64,000 bases of DNA from Octopus vulgaris (Eukaryota): NCBI GenBank assembly GCA_951406725.2, contig OX597835.1, positions 8,494,001 through 8,558,000 of the forward strand, read 5' to 3'. The first letter of the stretch is position 1; each line of letters starts with the position of its first letter. A program made the translations under genes and the position numbers. Positions 1 through 14,818 of the stretch are shown in pieces. The notes under the pieces are model-generated. The model was not told the origin of the DNA and did no database searches. It saw only the letters and a list, made by a program, of their open reading frames with translations.

Positions 1-103
1 TGCACACAGAAACACGCACACACACACACACACACCCTACGCACGCACACATACACGCATACACTCATACATACTCTCTCTCACACACACAGACGCACGC
101 ACG

Positions 104-135
<32 letters not shown>

Positions 136-261
136 CATACATGTATGTATGTATGTATGTATGTATGTATGAATGTATGTATGTATATATGTATGTATAT
201 ATATATATATACATTTATATATATATGTATATATATATATGTGTATATATACATACATACA

Positions 262-356
<95 letters not shown>

Positions 357-936
357 GTTCTTCAAAACTGAAATATTTTCAATTATCAGAAACTACAGGA
401 GGTTTGAAATTTGAAAGAAGGGATTTTGCTGAAATATTATAATTGGATTTCAGGAGAAGTGTACCAAGTATTAAGAGAAGGATTCAACTAAACTTGATAC
501 AATGCGGTAAAATATATACCGTGATATTGTTACAAAGCTATGAAGCACGTTTTTAGCAGAATTTCCCTTCCTGCGTTCGAGATCGACTTTGCTTTCATCT
601 TTCCAGGTCGATTAAATATACCTCTACCGTACAGATGCGCGTATAATCAACCTTTTTCTCTTTCTCAAATGCAAGAAATTATCTTAAGTAAAGAGACTCT
701 TTTATCGATTTTACCAGCAAATAGGCAAATATAATACAGTTTATTTGATTGTTCTCATCTCGGCAAACAAGTTACATGGCGTTAGCAATATTTAACCAGT
801 GGAGATGCCAATATGTGGTTGTGTTATCCGCTAGAAAAAACAAGCAATCAAATTTGTCGATACTTCCCATTCTGCGTAATATTTCTAAAATCCTAGTCCT
901 AGTTGTACAGGATTCAGAAAGACGTATTCATCATAG

Positions 937-1318
937 GTGGAGGCGCAATGGCCCAGTGGTTAGGGCAGCGGACTCGCGGTCGTAGGATCGCGGTTTCGAT
1001 TCCCAGACCGGGCGTTGTGAGTGTTTATTGAGCGAAAACACCTAAAGATCCACGAGCCTCCGGCAGGGATGGTGGTGATCCCTGCTGTACTCTTTCACCA
1101 CAACTTTCTCTCACTCTTACTGCCTGTTTCTGTTGTACCTGTATTTCAAAGGGCCGGCCTTGTCACTCTCTGTGTCACGCTGAATATCCCCGAGAACTAC
1201 GTTAAGGGTACACGTGTTTGTGGAGTGCTCGGCCACTTACACGTTAATTTCACGAGCAGGCTGTTCCGTTCATCGGATCAACCGGAACCCTCGTCGTCGG
1301 AACCGACGGAGTGCTTCC
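937..1318 (+). mobile_element. tRNA-derived SINE, family A (octopus OR-like)
   Basis: A-box tggcccagtggttag, B-box-like ggtttcgattccc, and an 11-bp TSD ATTCATCATAG (926-936 / 1319-1329). Multiple copies in the window. Confidence 0.9.
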
Positions 1319-1816
1319 ATTCATCATAGATAGAACGCCATACACGATCAAGAGCTGATAGCAATTACAAGTATATATGCGTGTGTATGTGTGCATAGTT
1401 TTCGGCGGGTGCGGCCACTTTGAATAATTTTGTTGAAATTTTGGAAGGACATTTCACCGCCGGACTAAATGGGGGAACAAAACGCACATTTGATAACTCG
1501 ATACGTCGCATTTAGCCCAAACCCGAATCTTCATGAAGTTATGCTCTTCATTCACTATTTTAGTCACCGGAAACGCATACACAGGTGGAATTTTTCATAT
1601 CACTTGGATACAGCTAACTTACATATTTATGAACACAGCTTTCTCTACTCCTCCACCACTCACACCTAACTTCTCTGAATACCAATTTCCTCTAAAATTA
1701 ATAGCTGAATTTTTAATCAATAGATTATTTTGGTATATTGACTAGCCCTGAAATTTGTTGCCTAAGTGGGCCAAGAAGAGAAATTCACTACGAAGAAGTA
1801 AATAGTTCTCCCCGTA

Positions 1817-1981
1817 TAGGCGCAGGAGTGGCTGTGTGGTAAGTAGCTTGCTAACCAACCACATGGTTCCGGGTTCAGTCCCACTGCGTGCCATCTTGGG
1901 CAAGTGTCTTCTACTATAGCCCCCGGCCAACCAATACCTTGTGAGTGGATTTAGTAGACGGAAACTAAAAGAAGCCTGTCG

Positions 1982-2012
<31 letters not shown>

Positions 2013-2420
2013 ATGTGTATGTGTGTGTGTTTGTCCCCCTAGCATTGCTTGACAACCGATGCTGGTGTGTTTACGTCCCCATCACTTAGCGGTTCGGCAA
2101 AAGTGTCTTCTACTATAGCCTCGGGCCGACCAAAGCCTTGTGAGTGGATTTGGTAGACGGAAACTGAAAGAAGCCCGTCGTATATATGTATACGTGTGTG
2201 TGCTTGTGGGTCTGTGTTTGTCCCCTAGCATTGCTTGAAAACTGATGCTGGTGTGTTTACGTCCCCGTCACTTAGCGGTTCGGCAAAAGTGACCGATAGA
2301 ATAAGTACTGGGCTTACAAAAGAATAAGTCCCCCGGGGTCGATTTGCTCGACTAAAGGCGGTGCTCCAGCATGGCCGCAGTCAAATGACTGAAACAAGTA
2401 AAAGAGTAAAGAGAGAGAGT
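1817..2420 (+). mobile_element. tRNA-derived SINE family B with an internal ~190-bp duplication
   Basis: aggcgcaggagtggctgtgtggtaag...ggttcagtccc head and cagcatggccgcagtcaaatgactgaaacaagtaaaagag tail. Segment 1905-2103 is repeated at 2103-2290. Confidence 0.9.
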
Positions 2421-2590
2421 ATAATTATTGGACATGACAGGTAAGAATATCACCTTCGACAGAAGTGTCTACTTTTGTCCGTTTGATGTTCCGATAACGG
2501 AGTTGACTAATAAATGGTGTGTAAAGCGTTGGGTGGAAGCTGGGGTAGCGATCAGACTAATTTCACAATAGAAAGTCATTTATCTAGACA

Positions 2591-2625
<35 letters not shown>

Positions 2626-2734
2626 GCACACACACACACGCATGTATACACACCAATATATATACTAATACCTGTTAGCCCTTCTAAATTACTACAACTC
2701 CAATACCACCTCCTTGAGCTCATCTCCTTGTCCA

Positions 2735-2775
<41 letters not shown>

Positions 2776-2860
2776 AACTACTACTACTACTACTACTTTT
2801 ACAACAACTACTACTACTACTACTACAAATACTACTACTACAACTACTACTACTTTTACA

Positions 2861-2903
<43 letters not shown>

Positions 2904-3915
2904 AAATCTTTTTCACAAGCTCCAGGAATAGTCAATATTCGGTACAGCCACGCCATATTACGGCGAACAGAATCATTAGCACTAACGAGTGTCTAACTCC
3001 ACCTCTCTCTCTCTCCCTCCAAATCCCTCTTTCCTTTCTTTCACCCCCTTCTCTCCATCCCTTCACTCCATCTCTCATTCCCTCTATCCCCCTGTCTCCC
3101 TGACGCCATCCCCCTCTACCTCATCTCTCCTTCCCTTCAAATCCCCTCCTCTCTTACCTTCTCTCCCTTCTCTCAAATTTACTCACTTTGTTCTTATTTC
3201 TTAGTTTCTATTTTCACTCACTAATCTTTCTCTCCCTCTCTCCCTTGCTCTGCTCTCTTCTACCCCCTTTTGCTCTTCTTCTCTCCCCCCACCCACCACT
3301 TAATGGTTTATAAATGACCAATATCGTGACGTCATTGCCACTCGTTAATATCATCCTGTGGGATAACCTTCGACATTTTGTTGCCGTCTGAGACTCTCAC
3401 ACCTAAATATTGCATCACTTTCGCTTGACCTGTGATATTAACCATTAAAATATCGAACATTTCTTAAGGGAAACAGCAAACGTGGTGCAATTGACGTTTT
3501 ACACACGTGACTGTGTAATTGTTTGATGGATTAATGGAGGCGGTGTGAGGGTGGTCGTTAATACAATTGAAACTGCACACAATTGCGGAATTAAACGAAA
3601 TACTAAGATGTTATCCGTCCTCTGGCTTTTCAGTGTAACTACTTCAAAAACAATGGTCTGTAGTAACATTAAATAAGGCGATGGACTGAACTGACAGAAT
3701 CGTTAGAACATCGGATAAATTCGTTGAGCAATTTGTTCTGAGTCTTTGTATTCGGGTTTCGAGTTTGGCTGAGGTAAACATTACCTTTCATGCATTTAGA
3801 GGGAATATAATTAAAATAGCAAACCCGTACAGTAGTGCATGGTCCTTTCTTAGCTGCCTGTCTATCAGAATTGGTCATAGCCAATAATATGGAGTTTTGT
3901 ATAAAATATATAAGC

Positions 3916-3966
<51 letters not shown>

Positions 3967-3968
3967 TG

Positions 3969-4000
<32 letters not shown>

Positions 4001-4077
4001 GGCGATGGCGGTGGTGGTGGTGGTGGTGGTGGTGGTGATAGTGGTGGTGATGGTGGTGGTGATGGTGATGGTGATGG

Positions 4078-4123
<46 letters not shown>

Positions 4124-4595
4124 GATGGCATCTCGCGTCGAAGACGTCGTATGAACGTTCCGCTTTTGCCGACGACCTGCTACACAAAGGATTTGCTTGT
4201 AGCGACCAGATGTATGTGCCGCACATTAGCTCACCCCTCTCTCCTTCAAATGGACGTTACATACAACGGGGAAACGGTGTGCCACGCGACATGAAGTGTT
4301 TTGCTCAAGAACCCAACGCACCACCCGGTCGAGGAATTGAAATCGCGATCTGGCTTAACCACCGATTTGGTGGGTTTATGTCCCCGTAACTTAGGAGTTC
4401 GGTAAAAGACACCGATAGAATACGTACCAGACTTTGAAAGAGAAATCCTAGGGTCGATTTGTTCGATTAAAACCTTTCAAGGCGGTGCCCCACCATGGCC
4501 GCAGTCACATGACTCAAACAACTGAAAGATACAAATTAAAACATATGTGTCTTCTTCATCTTCTTCTTCTTCTTCTTCTTCTTCTTCTTCTTCTT

Positions 4596-4626
<31 letters not shown>

Positions 4627-5338
4627 TTTTTCTTCTTCTTCTTCTTTTTCTTCTTCTTCTTCCGCTTCTTCTTCTTCTTCTTCTTCTTCTTCTTCTTCTT
4701 CTTCTTCTTCTTCTTCTTCTTCTTCTTCTTCTTCTTCTTCTTCTTCTTCTTCTCCTCCTCCTCCTCCGCTATTTACTTTCTTTATGCGCTTTTCCTTTCA
4801 TCATTATCACCACTACCACCACCACCACCAAATCCACCACCACCACCACCACCAACATCATCATCATCGTCATGGTGGCTGTGGTGGCGATGACGGTTTC
4901 AGTTGCACCAAGATCAGTGGATTTGACTAATCTTTGACCCGATGATAACATTTTCTGCCTTTCTTATACTTCAAAGGTCAACGGAATAAATCATCAATCA
5001 AGCACTGGGGGTCATATCTGGAACGCCTCCCGATTACTGACTGCAAGTCTTCTCAATCGGAATTAGCCTTGGGCTAATCACCTGTCATTACCATCCTGCA
5101 ACAGTTCAACCAAAAAATGAACTTGCGTCACCCACTCAAGCTTGTCAGAAGTTTTCTCTCGATCAATAATTCTTACCTTCAAATTCTTCGAGATGGAAAC
5201 GTTGACAATAGAATTGTTTCCAAGAATTTTTCAACAAAGTCTCAAAACAACGTTCGATAGGAATTATTTCGGAAACTTGATTTGAATTTATCGGATTTCT
5301 GAAAATTTCTACTCTCTCGCTGCTAATCCCCTCCTTCA

Positions 5339-5397
<59 letters not shown>

Positions 5398-5413
5398 TTT
5401 CTCTCTCTCTCTC

Positions 5414-5452
<39 letters not shown>

Positions 5453-6644
5453 AATTCGTACACTCTCGCATAAACACTTGTCTCTGGTTTTTGCCAATCT
5501 TTGAATTATGTTTTATTTTGGAATTTTATTGTTTCTTGGAAATGGCAATTCTTTTCCTGAAGGATTCAGAACTTGTTTCCTTCTAGAAGATTCCGACTTA
5601 AGAAATAGACAACTTTTTTTCCATTTGATTGGTTTACTTCAGCATCAAATCACGTGACTCACTCTGGCATCAGTGGACTTCCGGTTGTAATATGGCAAAT
5701 GTGGTAAAATAGTGAAAAACTTTTAAAAGAGAAAGAATAACCGAAGCATACAATGACTCTTTTTTTAACTGTTCTTCTTGTTCTTCTTGTCTGTTGTCTG
5801 TTCTTGTTCTAGTTGTTGTTCTTGTCTGTTGTTTCTGTGTCTGTTCCTGTTGTTCTCTGCTGTTGTTTTTTGTTGTCTGTTGTTGTTGCCGATGTTGTTG
5901 TTATTGTTGCTGCTGCTGCTGCTGCTGTTTCTTGTCTGCTGCTGTAGTAAGACAAGACTGAATGTTCTTTACCGTTTTCCAATATCTCGTTTCTAAACCG
6001 TAAATAAAATATTTATGAAAGTATTAAGGAAATGGAAGAGATTTCGTTTATCATTAAAACTTCTCGTTATTCTTAATGGATCGTTCGGTCGTCATCGAAG
6101 ACTGCGCATGCCCAACATATCTGCTGTCAGTCAAAGCAACAGAGACTAAACATCTGCCTCAATTAAGGAGCAAATGAAGTAAAGATGCACAAAGCTGAAA
6201 TAAATGTTTAAGGCACCTTTGAAAGAAATTGAATCGCCAGATTACCATAGTAACGGGCAGCTAAATGGTGACTCTACTTGCTAGAAATAATAGTGGAGTA
6301 TTCTATATATCGTATAAGACAATCTCTAAAATGGCAGGACAAGTAAAACAAAAATCAGAATGAGAATAATTTAGAATGTCTTTATGTAAAATCAGGGCAG
6401 GTTTGACTTAAGTAGCAACAACAACAGAAACAAGTGCCAAAAATATTAATTTAATTCTAGCTTTATATGAACGAGGACCAGCCATTTATAATACTGAGTA
6501 AAAGTGAAATCCAAAGAAACGGGTGAAGGTCTTTGTGGAGAGCAAGGCGAACATAGAAGGGTTGGAGCATTTCAGTTGTGTGAAAAGAATCTAATGTTTC
6601 AAAGCATGTCTGCTTCGTTTGTGAGTGAAGAAAAACATATGGTT

Positions 6645-6809
6645 GGCTGTGTGGTAAGAAGCTTGCTTCCCAACCACATGGTTCCGAGTTCAGTCTCACT
6701 GCGTGGCACCTTGGGTATGTGTCTTCTACTATAGCATCGGGCAGACAAAAGCCTTGTCAGTGGATTTGGTTGACGGGATCTGAAAGAAGCCAGTCGTTTA
6801 TATGTGTGT

Positions 6810-6854
<45 letters not shown>

Positions 6855-7038
6855 TCCCCCCATCATCGCATGACAACCGATGTTGTTGTGTTTGGGTCCC
6901 TGCTACTTAGCGGTTCGGCAAAAGATACCGATAGAATAATGACTAGGCTTACCAAGAATAAGCCCTGGGGTTGTTCGACTAAAAGCGGTGCTCCAGCATG
7001 GCCACAGTCAAATGACTGAAACAAGTAAAGGGATAAAG

Positions 7039-7040
<2 letters not shown>
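6645..7040 (+). mobile_element. SINE family B
   Basis: Homologous to 1817-2420. Confidence 0.85.
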
Positions 7041-7084
<44 letters not shown>

Positions 7085-7730
7085 TATTCTCTTATTCTTT
7101 TATATGAAGCTGCGACCATGCTGGGGCACCGCTACATGTATATATACGTGTGTGTGTATGTATATAAATATATGTATGTATAAATATGTGTATAAATATG
7201 TGTATGTATATAAATATGCATAGATACATATATACATACGTTCATGTATATATACACACTAACATTCACACAGACAGATAAGCACGCACTTGCATTGGGT
7301 TAAAGAAGCAAAAGACAGAGATCGATATGGCTATAAATTCAAGAAATATTACTTGGGAAATCACCTGAACTGCGACGCAAAAATAGAAACCAAATGTCTT
7401 TCAATTCATATACGACAACCATTAATTAGGCCGGATAGAGTAATGATATAGTTTAAGAGAGACAAAAATAGATAGACGATCGCTTTTGGGGGATTATCTT
7501 TCATCATAGTTCTGTGAGTTAAAGGGTGAACACAGCAACAACAACTTATTTATATCTGATATCTAACCCAACCCATCGGTGGCTTAATGACTATTTTAGC
7601 ATTAATCCCTCTTCTTTGCCAATCTTTTTCATTTTCATCTAATCACCTGCCATTTTTATTCATATATCGTCTCTTAATCTCTGCTTCGAATCCATTGTCT
7701 ACAAATGATGAATGGTTTTAGCTATAATAG

Positions 7731-7908
7731 TCATCTTTTAATGGTAAAATATCCACCAACGCTCTCCTCCGGTTTGTAATGGTTATCATATGTATTACAG
7801 AAACAATCTGTTCGGAATATTGTTTTCTCTAATCCATCAACAATGTGTAGGCGTGTAGCTATCCTCCACATTATAATAGTCTTTGGGAAACACACTTCGA
7901 TGCGACTA
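7731..7908 (-). CDS. Putative terminal exon (SRIEVCFPKT...RTDCFCNTY...YFTIKR*)
   Basis: aattttcag acceptor, 58 open codons to TGA, and AATAAA about 70 nt downstream on the - strand. Has a CxP...CxC pattern. Linkage to the upstream exons is not established. Confidence 0.25.
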
Positions 7909-8330
7909 CTGAAAATTCATGCATGGCTGGTTTTGCCAGAAACCGAATAAACGTTATGAATTTCTTATGTTGTACACACAAAAATAGAAATAGAAATATG
8001 TGTACGAACGCAAGCTTATATGTATGTTGTGCATACATGCATGTATTCATGACTGTATATACATTCTCTGCCATATGTGCGCGTGTATTCAGGGCATTCG
8101 TGTGTGTTTGTGATTGTATTATCTTCTGTTTTGCTGTACAAAAGTTTGTAGTTTTCTTTGTTATTGCTGTGATTGCTGTGACTTTAACGCTTTTTCTGGC
8201 TTTTTCTTTTACTATGGCAAAAAAAATTTTTTTTAAATGCTCGTTTTATTTTATTATCACCAATCTGTTTGTTGCTGCTCTATTTATTATTTAACAAAAT
8301 TGTCGTTTTTTTCCTTTGTTCTTGTTGTTG

Positions 8331-8333
<3 letters not shown>

Positions 8334-8403
<70 letters not shown>

Positions 8404-8414
8404 CATCATCATCA

Positions 8415-8475
<61 letters not shown>

Positions 8476-8570
8476 CATTATTATTATCATTATTATTATC
8501 ATTATTATTATTATTATCATCATCATTATTATTATCATTATTATTATCATTATTATTATTATTATCATCA

Positions 8571-8650
<80 letters not shown>

Positions 8651-8716
8651 TATTATTATTATCATTATTACTATTACTATTATTATTATTATCATTATTC
8701 AGTATTATCATCATCA

Positions 8717-8773
<57 letters not shown>

Positions 8774-8774
8774 C

Positions 8775-8811
<37 letters not shown>

Positions 8812-8836
8812 TTCATTATAATTTTTATCATCATCA

Positions 8837-8881
<45 letters not shown>

Positions 8882-8915
8882 CTATTATTATTATCATTAT
8901 TCAGTATTATCATCA

Positions 8916-8985
<70 letters not shown>

Positions 8986-8990
8986 CATCA

Positions 8991-9065
<75 letters not shown>

Positions 9066-9066
9066 C

Positions 9067-9114
<48 letters not shown>

Positions 9115-9116
9115 CA

Positions 9117-9161
<45 letters not shown>

Positions 9162-9195
9162 CTATTATTATTATCATTATTCAGTATTATCATCA

Positions 9196-9253
<58 letters not shown>

Positions 9254-9258
9254 CATCA

Positions 9259-9322
<64 letters not shown>

Positions 9323-9355
9323 CATCATCATCATCATCATCATTATTATTCAGTA
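8334..9355. repeat. (ATT/ATC)n array with higher-order units
   Basis: About 1 kb of trinucleotide repeat with recurring ttattcagtatt and tttttattattactatt interruptions. Confidence 0.95.
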
Positions 9356-9371
9356 GTATTAGTTTTATCAC

Positions 9372-10080
9372 GTGCTTTCATTACACTACCAAGCACAGTT
9401 CTGCGTGCCTTGGATATGCGCAATGTCTAGCAGTGTCATTTTCTGCATTCAGTGCTGCCACAGCTTCCGGCGTATACAGGCCACAAGTTTGCCATGTTTG
9501 TGGATGCATTCATTCTTAGCTTGGAACGGTTGGCTTCAAACAATGATTTATTATTTCTTCCCCCATCAGCACGTATTCTGCAAATACTTTTGCCTTTTTA
9601 TTCATTATGTATTTTGTGGGGGTTTCTGGTGGGGGGGGGGTGAGGCTTTGATTTTCTGCTGCAATTAAAAACCCTTCAGTCTCTACCTTAAGTCATAAAC
9701 TTCTCAACGAATACTGAGATTTTATTTTTTTCTATTCCTCTTCTCTTTAGATTTTTCCAGATTTTGCCATGTAAGGACCTTTCATGTCGTCGTTTTATCA
9801 TGGTATTTTGTAGTTCCATATTTAGATTAGTCTTTAGTTGCTTTCAAGTTTTTCGTTGTTCCTTCTTTTTCTTCTTAGTTATCAGCTATCATGACATCTT
9901 TTTTGCATTTTTCGCTCGCTCCCTTAAAGTCAGAAAACGACTGTTCGTTTTGCTCATATTTTATGACTATTTGTACAAGTTTTCCTTGGTTCTGAGTTCG
10001 GTATTTCTGTGATCCTATGGTGGACATTTTATAGTTATTTTCTAATTGTATAAGTCCACTGCCGCCTGTAACTCCTTGTA
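9372..10080 (-). pseudogene. Dong/R4-like non-LTR retrotransposon relic (post-RT region, zinc knuckle, 3' end) next to (TAA)n
   Basis: Broken translation GGSGLIQLENNYK..IG..KY / LKVETEGF / IAAENQSL / SICRI..EEIINH / QKMTLLDIAHI, with stops and frameshifts. Confidence 0.7.
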
Positions 10081-10333
10081 TATATATATATATACTTTCG
10101 TGAGTTGAATTGAGCAAACACTATACGAGAGAGATTTTCTTTAAGTATTGGAAATAGTTTTAAAAAAGTTTTTTTTAGCTGCTATTTCTAATGAGTTCAG
10201 TATGCGGCAAAGTAATTTATTTTACTAAGCCCTTTTATATAATGTAATAATTTGAATTCGCCTTAAATGGTCCCTTTGCATACTGAATACTTGGTGAAAT
10301 TGATTAATTAATTAATTTTACCCTCAATTGTTG

Positions 10334-10364
<31 letters not shown>

Positions 10365-10365
<1 letters not shown>

Positions 10366-10521
10366 GACCTCGTGAATACTACCTGCAATTTTTTTTCCTC
10401 TGTCCTCCCGTCTCGGGATCTTTCTTTCTCCTATGTTTCCGACGAGGAGCGTCCAATAATACTTTATTTGTTCCACATCCTTGCGTTGTTGTCTTTTTGT
10501 TTTCTTGCTTGGATTAACTTT
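10365..10521 (+). mobile_element. Copy of the 60525 mini-element with the hammerhead deleted
   Basis: ctatgtttccgacgaggagcgtccaataatac...ggattaacttt(ta)n. About 45 nt are missing between two GAGC motifs relative to 60615-60663. Confidence 0.7.
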
Positions 10522-10537
10522 ATATATATATATATAA

Positions 10538-10599
<62 letters not shown>

Positions 10600-10689
10600 T
10601 TTCTATGTTAAGATATACACTTTCTATGTAAGATTTTGGGTGGTGTATTCTAGATTCAGATTAAAGTGGCACTTGTTTACTGATCATGC

Positions 10690-10990
10690 TTCAAGAACTA
10701 CGCGGAGTTCCAAGCAATGATGATATTTCTAGGTGTTCTATCTTTACATTTGTTCCTCTCCTTTTGAGCCATGTTGGTAATTGAGTGCTGATACATCGAA
10801 ATGCTTCGATCACTATTGGTATCACGTCCATTCCCTTCAGTGCGCACAATCTGCATATTTCCCACTTCATTTCATCTTAGTTGTTTACTTTTCCTTCTTC
10901 CTCTTCGATCCTGTTGCCGCCAGGACACGCTCTGTCAATTATTATGCACGTTTCTTCCCCTTTTTGCTCACCATAATAATGTCACCATAA
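10690..10990 (-). pseudogene. Non-LTR retrotransposon REL endonuclease relic (Dong/R4-like)
   Basis: TCIIIDRACPGGNRIEEEEGKVNN*DEMKWEICRLCALKGMDVIPIVIEAFRCIS..EHLEISSLLGTPR fits the REL C-terminal pattern. Confidence 0.75.
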
Positions 10991-12628
10991 CAATGTAAAG
11001 ATATGGCGCGATTTTCATTGACTCTTCTTCTTCTTCTTCTTCTTCTTCTTCTTCTTCTTCTTCTTCTTCTTCTTCTTCTTCTTCTTCTTCTTCTTCTTCT
11101 TCTTCTTCTTCTTCTTCTTCTTCTTCTTCTTCCTTCTTCTTCTTCTTCTTCTTCTTCTTCTTCTCCTCCTCCTCCTCCTCCTTCTTCTTCTTCTTCTTCT
11201 TCTTCTTCTTCTTCTTCTTCTTCTCCTCAAAAGTTTACCAGACGGCACTAATCCGTCTGGGGTTTGAACAGCGATATTGTTCTGGAGAGTTCTGGATCTG
11301 GAGATATGCACTATCTACCTGGATCCAGAAGATAAACTGATGGCTCTGAATGTGAACAGTAGTGACAGGTGGCTGGTTATTCTCCGACAGGAGGTGTGCA
11401 AGCAATTTCGTTTGGAAATATTACTGGGACCGTCTCAAAGTTTAGTGCCAATGTTTCGAATGTGTGGGGTCCAGTCGATAGAAGAATGGCTTGTAAAAGC
11501 TTCGCGGACCTGCTCAGATGTTTTCAGTTATTTTACAGGTACCCACTGGGTTTCGTGAATATGCTAGTGTGGACATGGACGAATCTATTAATTTTCAGTT
11601 TAGGCGATTGTAGGAAAGCGAAATGGAGTACCTTGCTCAAGGACAAAATGTAGCACCTGAGCCAGGAATCGAGCCTACGATCTTATGATCATCTATTTAT
11701 CACCCTAACCAGTAGACTACATGCCTTTCTAAACCTACCCCTGTCACACACAAACAAACAAATTAACAAACACATAAGCAGTGGCAGAAACGTTTTAGAG
11801 TCGCAAAAAAATCCTTCTGATTCGAAATCCCGCCGAGGTCAAGTTTTCTCTTCATTCGTTCAGGGTCGATAAAATAAAGTACCAGTCAAATAATGAGGTC
11901 AATGTAATCAACTCACACACTCCTTCTCTAACATTGCTAACCTTGAACCAAAATTAGAGAAACATATTATTGTTGTTGTTATTTTTATTATCGTTACTAA
12001 TGCTATAACGGTGCTATATTTCTCCCTATTTATGTTGCTGGCATCGTTGATCTTATTATTGTTCTCGTTGTTGTTCGTGATTGTTATAGTTTTGTTATTG
12101 TTGTTGTTGTTGTTGTTATCCCGGCTTTTGTTATTCTCCTTCCTACGTCATAAGCAAGTCCGGCCTTCCAAAAATTCTGAACCAAACAGCTTTTTGGAAT
12201 CAATCAATATTCTCTTGAAAGGATTCTATAATTTACTCTGCTACGGAAAGCAATGGAATTTCCAAAAAAAAAAAAAAAAAAAAAATTCAAAACAAAAACC
12301 CAAACATGGATTGCTTTCGTTCATTCTCTTTAATTTCGTGTTGCTGTTGTTGTCATTGTTATCGACGTCGCTATTCTCTGCCGATACAACATTCGCACAA
12401 AATCTTTAAACGTTTAATTACTGGGACATTTGGTCAGATGAAGTTATGATTATAATTTCAGAGTTCTAATTACAGGGGGTCTTATTCCTATAGCAAATTG
12501 CATCATCAAAGATATTTCGATTCGCAGTCTTATGAAGCCAGAAAGGGGACGGATAGTGGAGAAATTAGCAGGAAACGCCACTATTCGTGGAACACCAAAA
12601 CTATGGGAAAATTTTCAAACGTCCATCT

Positions 12629-12689
<61 letters not shown>

Positions 12690-13715
12690 ATATAATGCTT
12701 GTTCGCAATAACATGCAATAATATACGCAAACATACACATACATACGCAAAAGGCGTGCGAGGGATATTTGAGGACACTAAATTATCAATATATTACTCT
12801 CTTCAAGCCAGTAAAAGGGGTTTTGTCTCTTTGAGAAACCCCGTAGCAAAAAAGAAGAGCTGGCATAAGAAGAGAAAGGACTTACAGTCATTTTTGTCAT
12901 AAATGCAGAATAAAGCGATTGAGGAACTTCGACCAAGACCAACTGTCTAACAAGAGACATGACAGACGGTTATGTGCAGATGTTTCTGATATTCCAGATT
13001 GATGCAGACGAAGTTTCCATCAAATATGATGGTTTTAGAAACGGTACGTAACGAAGGTCCTGCCATGCAACTTCATATATTTCCACAAGATCAATATACT
13101 TACAGTTACGTTGAAGTACTGGAGAGGGTTGTTAATCCCTAGCTGGATGAATCAAGCAGTAGAAGGCCAAAAGAGTTATCGACTAAACTCGCCACCTTCT
13201 CACAAGGCCTATGTAACACAAGAAAGATTGTCAGGCAAATATTTACGATATTGTAACACCAAACCTGTTAAATCGAAATTTGCCAGATTTAAACCACGCC
13301 GAATATTACGTAATTAGTGAAGGCCGCAAAGAGCGTACGTGATATACAAGATTAATAAAACCATTTTAGCGCAGGCAGATGAACGACTTCGGTCCCACGT
13401 TAGAACAAGCAAACAAGCTTGAGGTGGATTAATAGAATAACCTTATAAGAAACCTTATCGAGAAATTCTGCTGAAATTTTTATTAAAGTTTTGCTCGATT
13501 AGATTTATTATATTACATTACCATATATCTATATATCTATCTATCTCTCTCTATATATATACATGGTATAAGAACTATTTATATCATGTCAAGGATCCAG
13601 TATGAAGTTGTTGGCCAAATTCTAATAACAGAACCTTATAACTATATTGGAAACCGTTTCTCTGCTCTTCACAAAATTTTGAAACAAACCAGAAAATTAC
13701 ACATACGTGTGTATG

Positions 13716-13758
<43 letters not shown>

Positions 13759-13969
13759 TCGCACATGTACTTAGGTATACACGCTTGATTATGCATACAC
13801 ACACATACACATACAAACATACACTCATAAACATATACGCATACGTACGTACACCTGCATAGATACACACACACATACACACACACACGCACACACATAT
13901 ATATATATAGACATTCGTAAAAGAGCACAAACATACTACAAACATGTTCATTCATAATTCAATATATAT

Positions 13970-14231
13970 ATTACATACATACTTTCAGTCATATATACAT
14001 ACATACATGTACCATATACATACATATATACATACATATAAACATACACACATACATACATACATACATACATGCATACATACATACATACATGTATAAA
14101 TTCATACATACATATATGTGTGTGTATACATATACATTCACACACACATACATACATACATACATACATACATACGTACAAACATACATAATACATACAT
14201 ACATACACACACACATACATACAAACATACA

Positions 14232-14263
<32 letters not shown>

Positions 14264-14727
14264 CATATACATAATACATACATACATACACATACATACA
14301 TACACACATACATACATACATACATACATACATACATACATACATACATACATACATACATACATACATACATACATACATACATACATACATACATACA
14401 GACACACATACATACAAACATACATACATACATACATACATACATACATACATACATACATACATACATACATACATACATACATACATACATACATACA
14501 TACACATACATACATACACACACACATACATACATACATACACACATACATACATACATACATACATACATACATACATACATACAGACAGACATACATA
14601 CATACATACATACATACATACATACACACATACATACATACATACATGCATACATACATACATACAAACATACATACATACACACATACATACATACATA
14701 CATACATACATACATACATACATACAT

Positions 14728-14758
<31 letters not shown>

Positions 14759-14818
14759 TACATACATACATACATACATACATACATACATACATACATA
14801 CATACATACATACATACA
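13970..14818. repeat. (CATA)n microsatellite
   Basis: Direct reading. Confidence 0.95.

Noticed and set aside
937-1015. tRNA gene
   Set aside because: A/B-box region is the head of a multicopy SINE with TSDs, with no complete cloverleaf or terminator.
8237-9519. Long ORFs (up to 416 aa) and similar poly-amino-acid ORFs throughout the window
   Set aside because: They are translations of microsatellites lacking stop codons in some frames, with no protein-like complexity.
11230-11560. LINE ORF1-like relic with CHYC motif on the - strand
   Set aside because: Similarity too weak to assign without a search.
12886-12948. Possible - strand exon (tag...gtaagt)
   Set aside because: Splice signals are present but there is no recognisable product or consistent phase path to the candidate last exon.
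13645-13680. GUGAAGAGCAGAGAAACGGUU on the - strand
   Set aside because: No stem II and no supporting second copy in the window.
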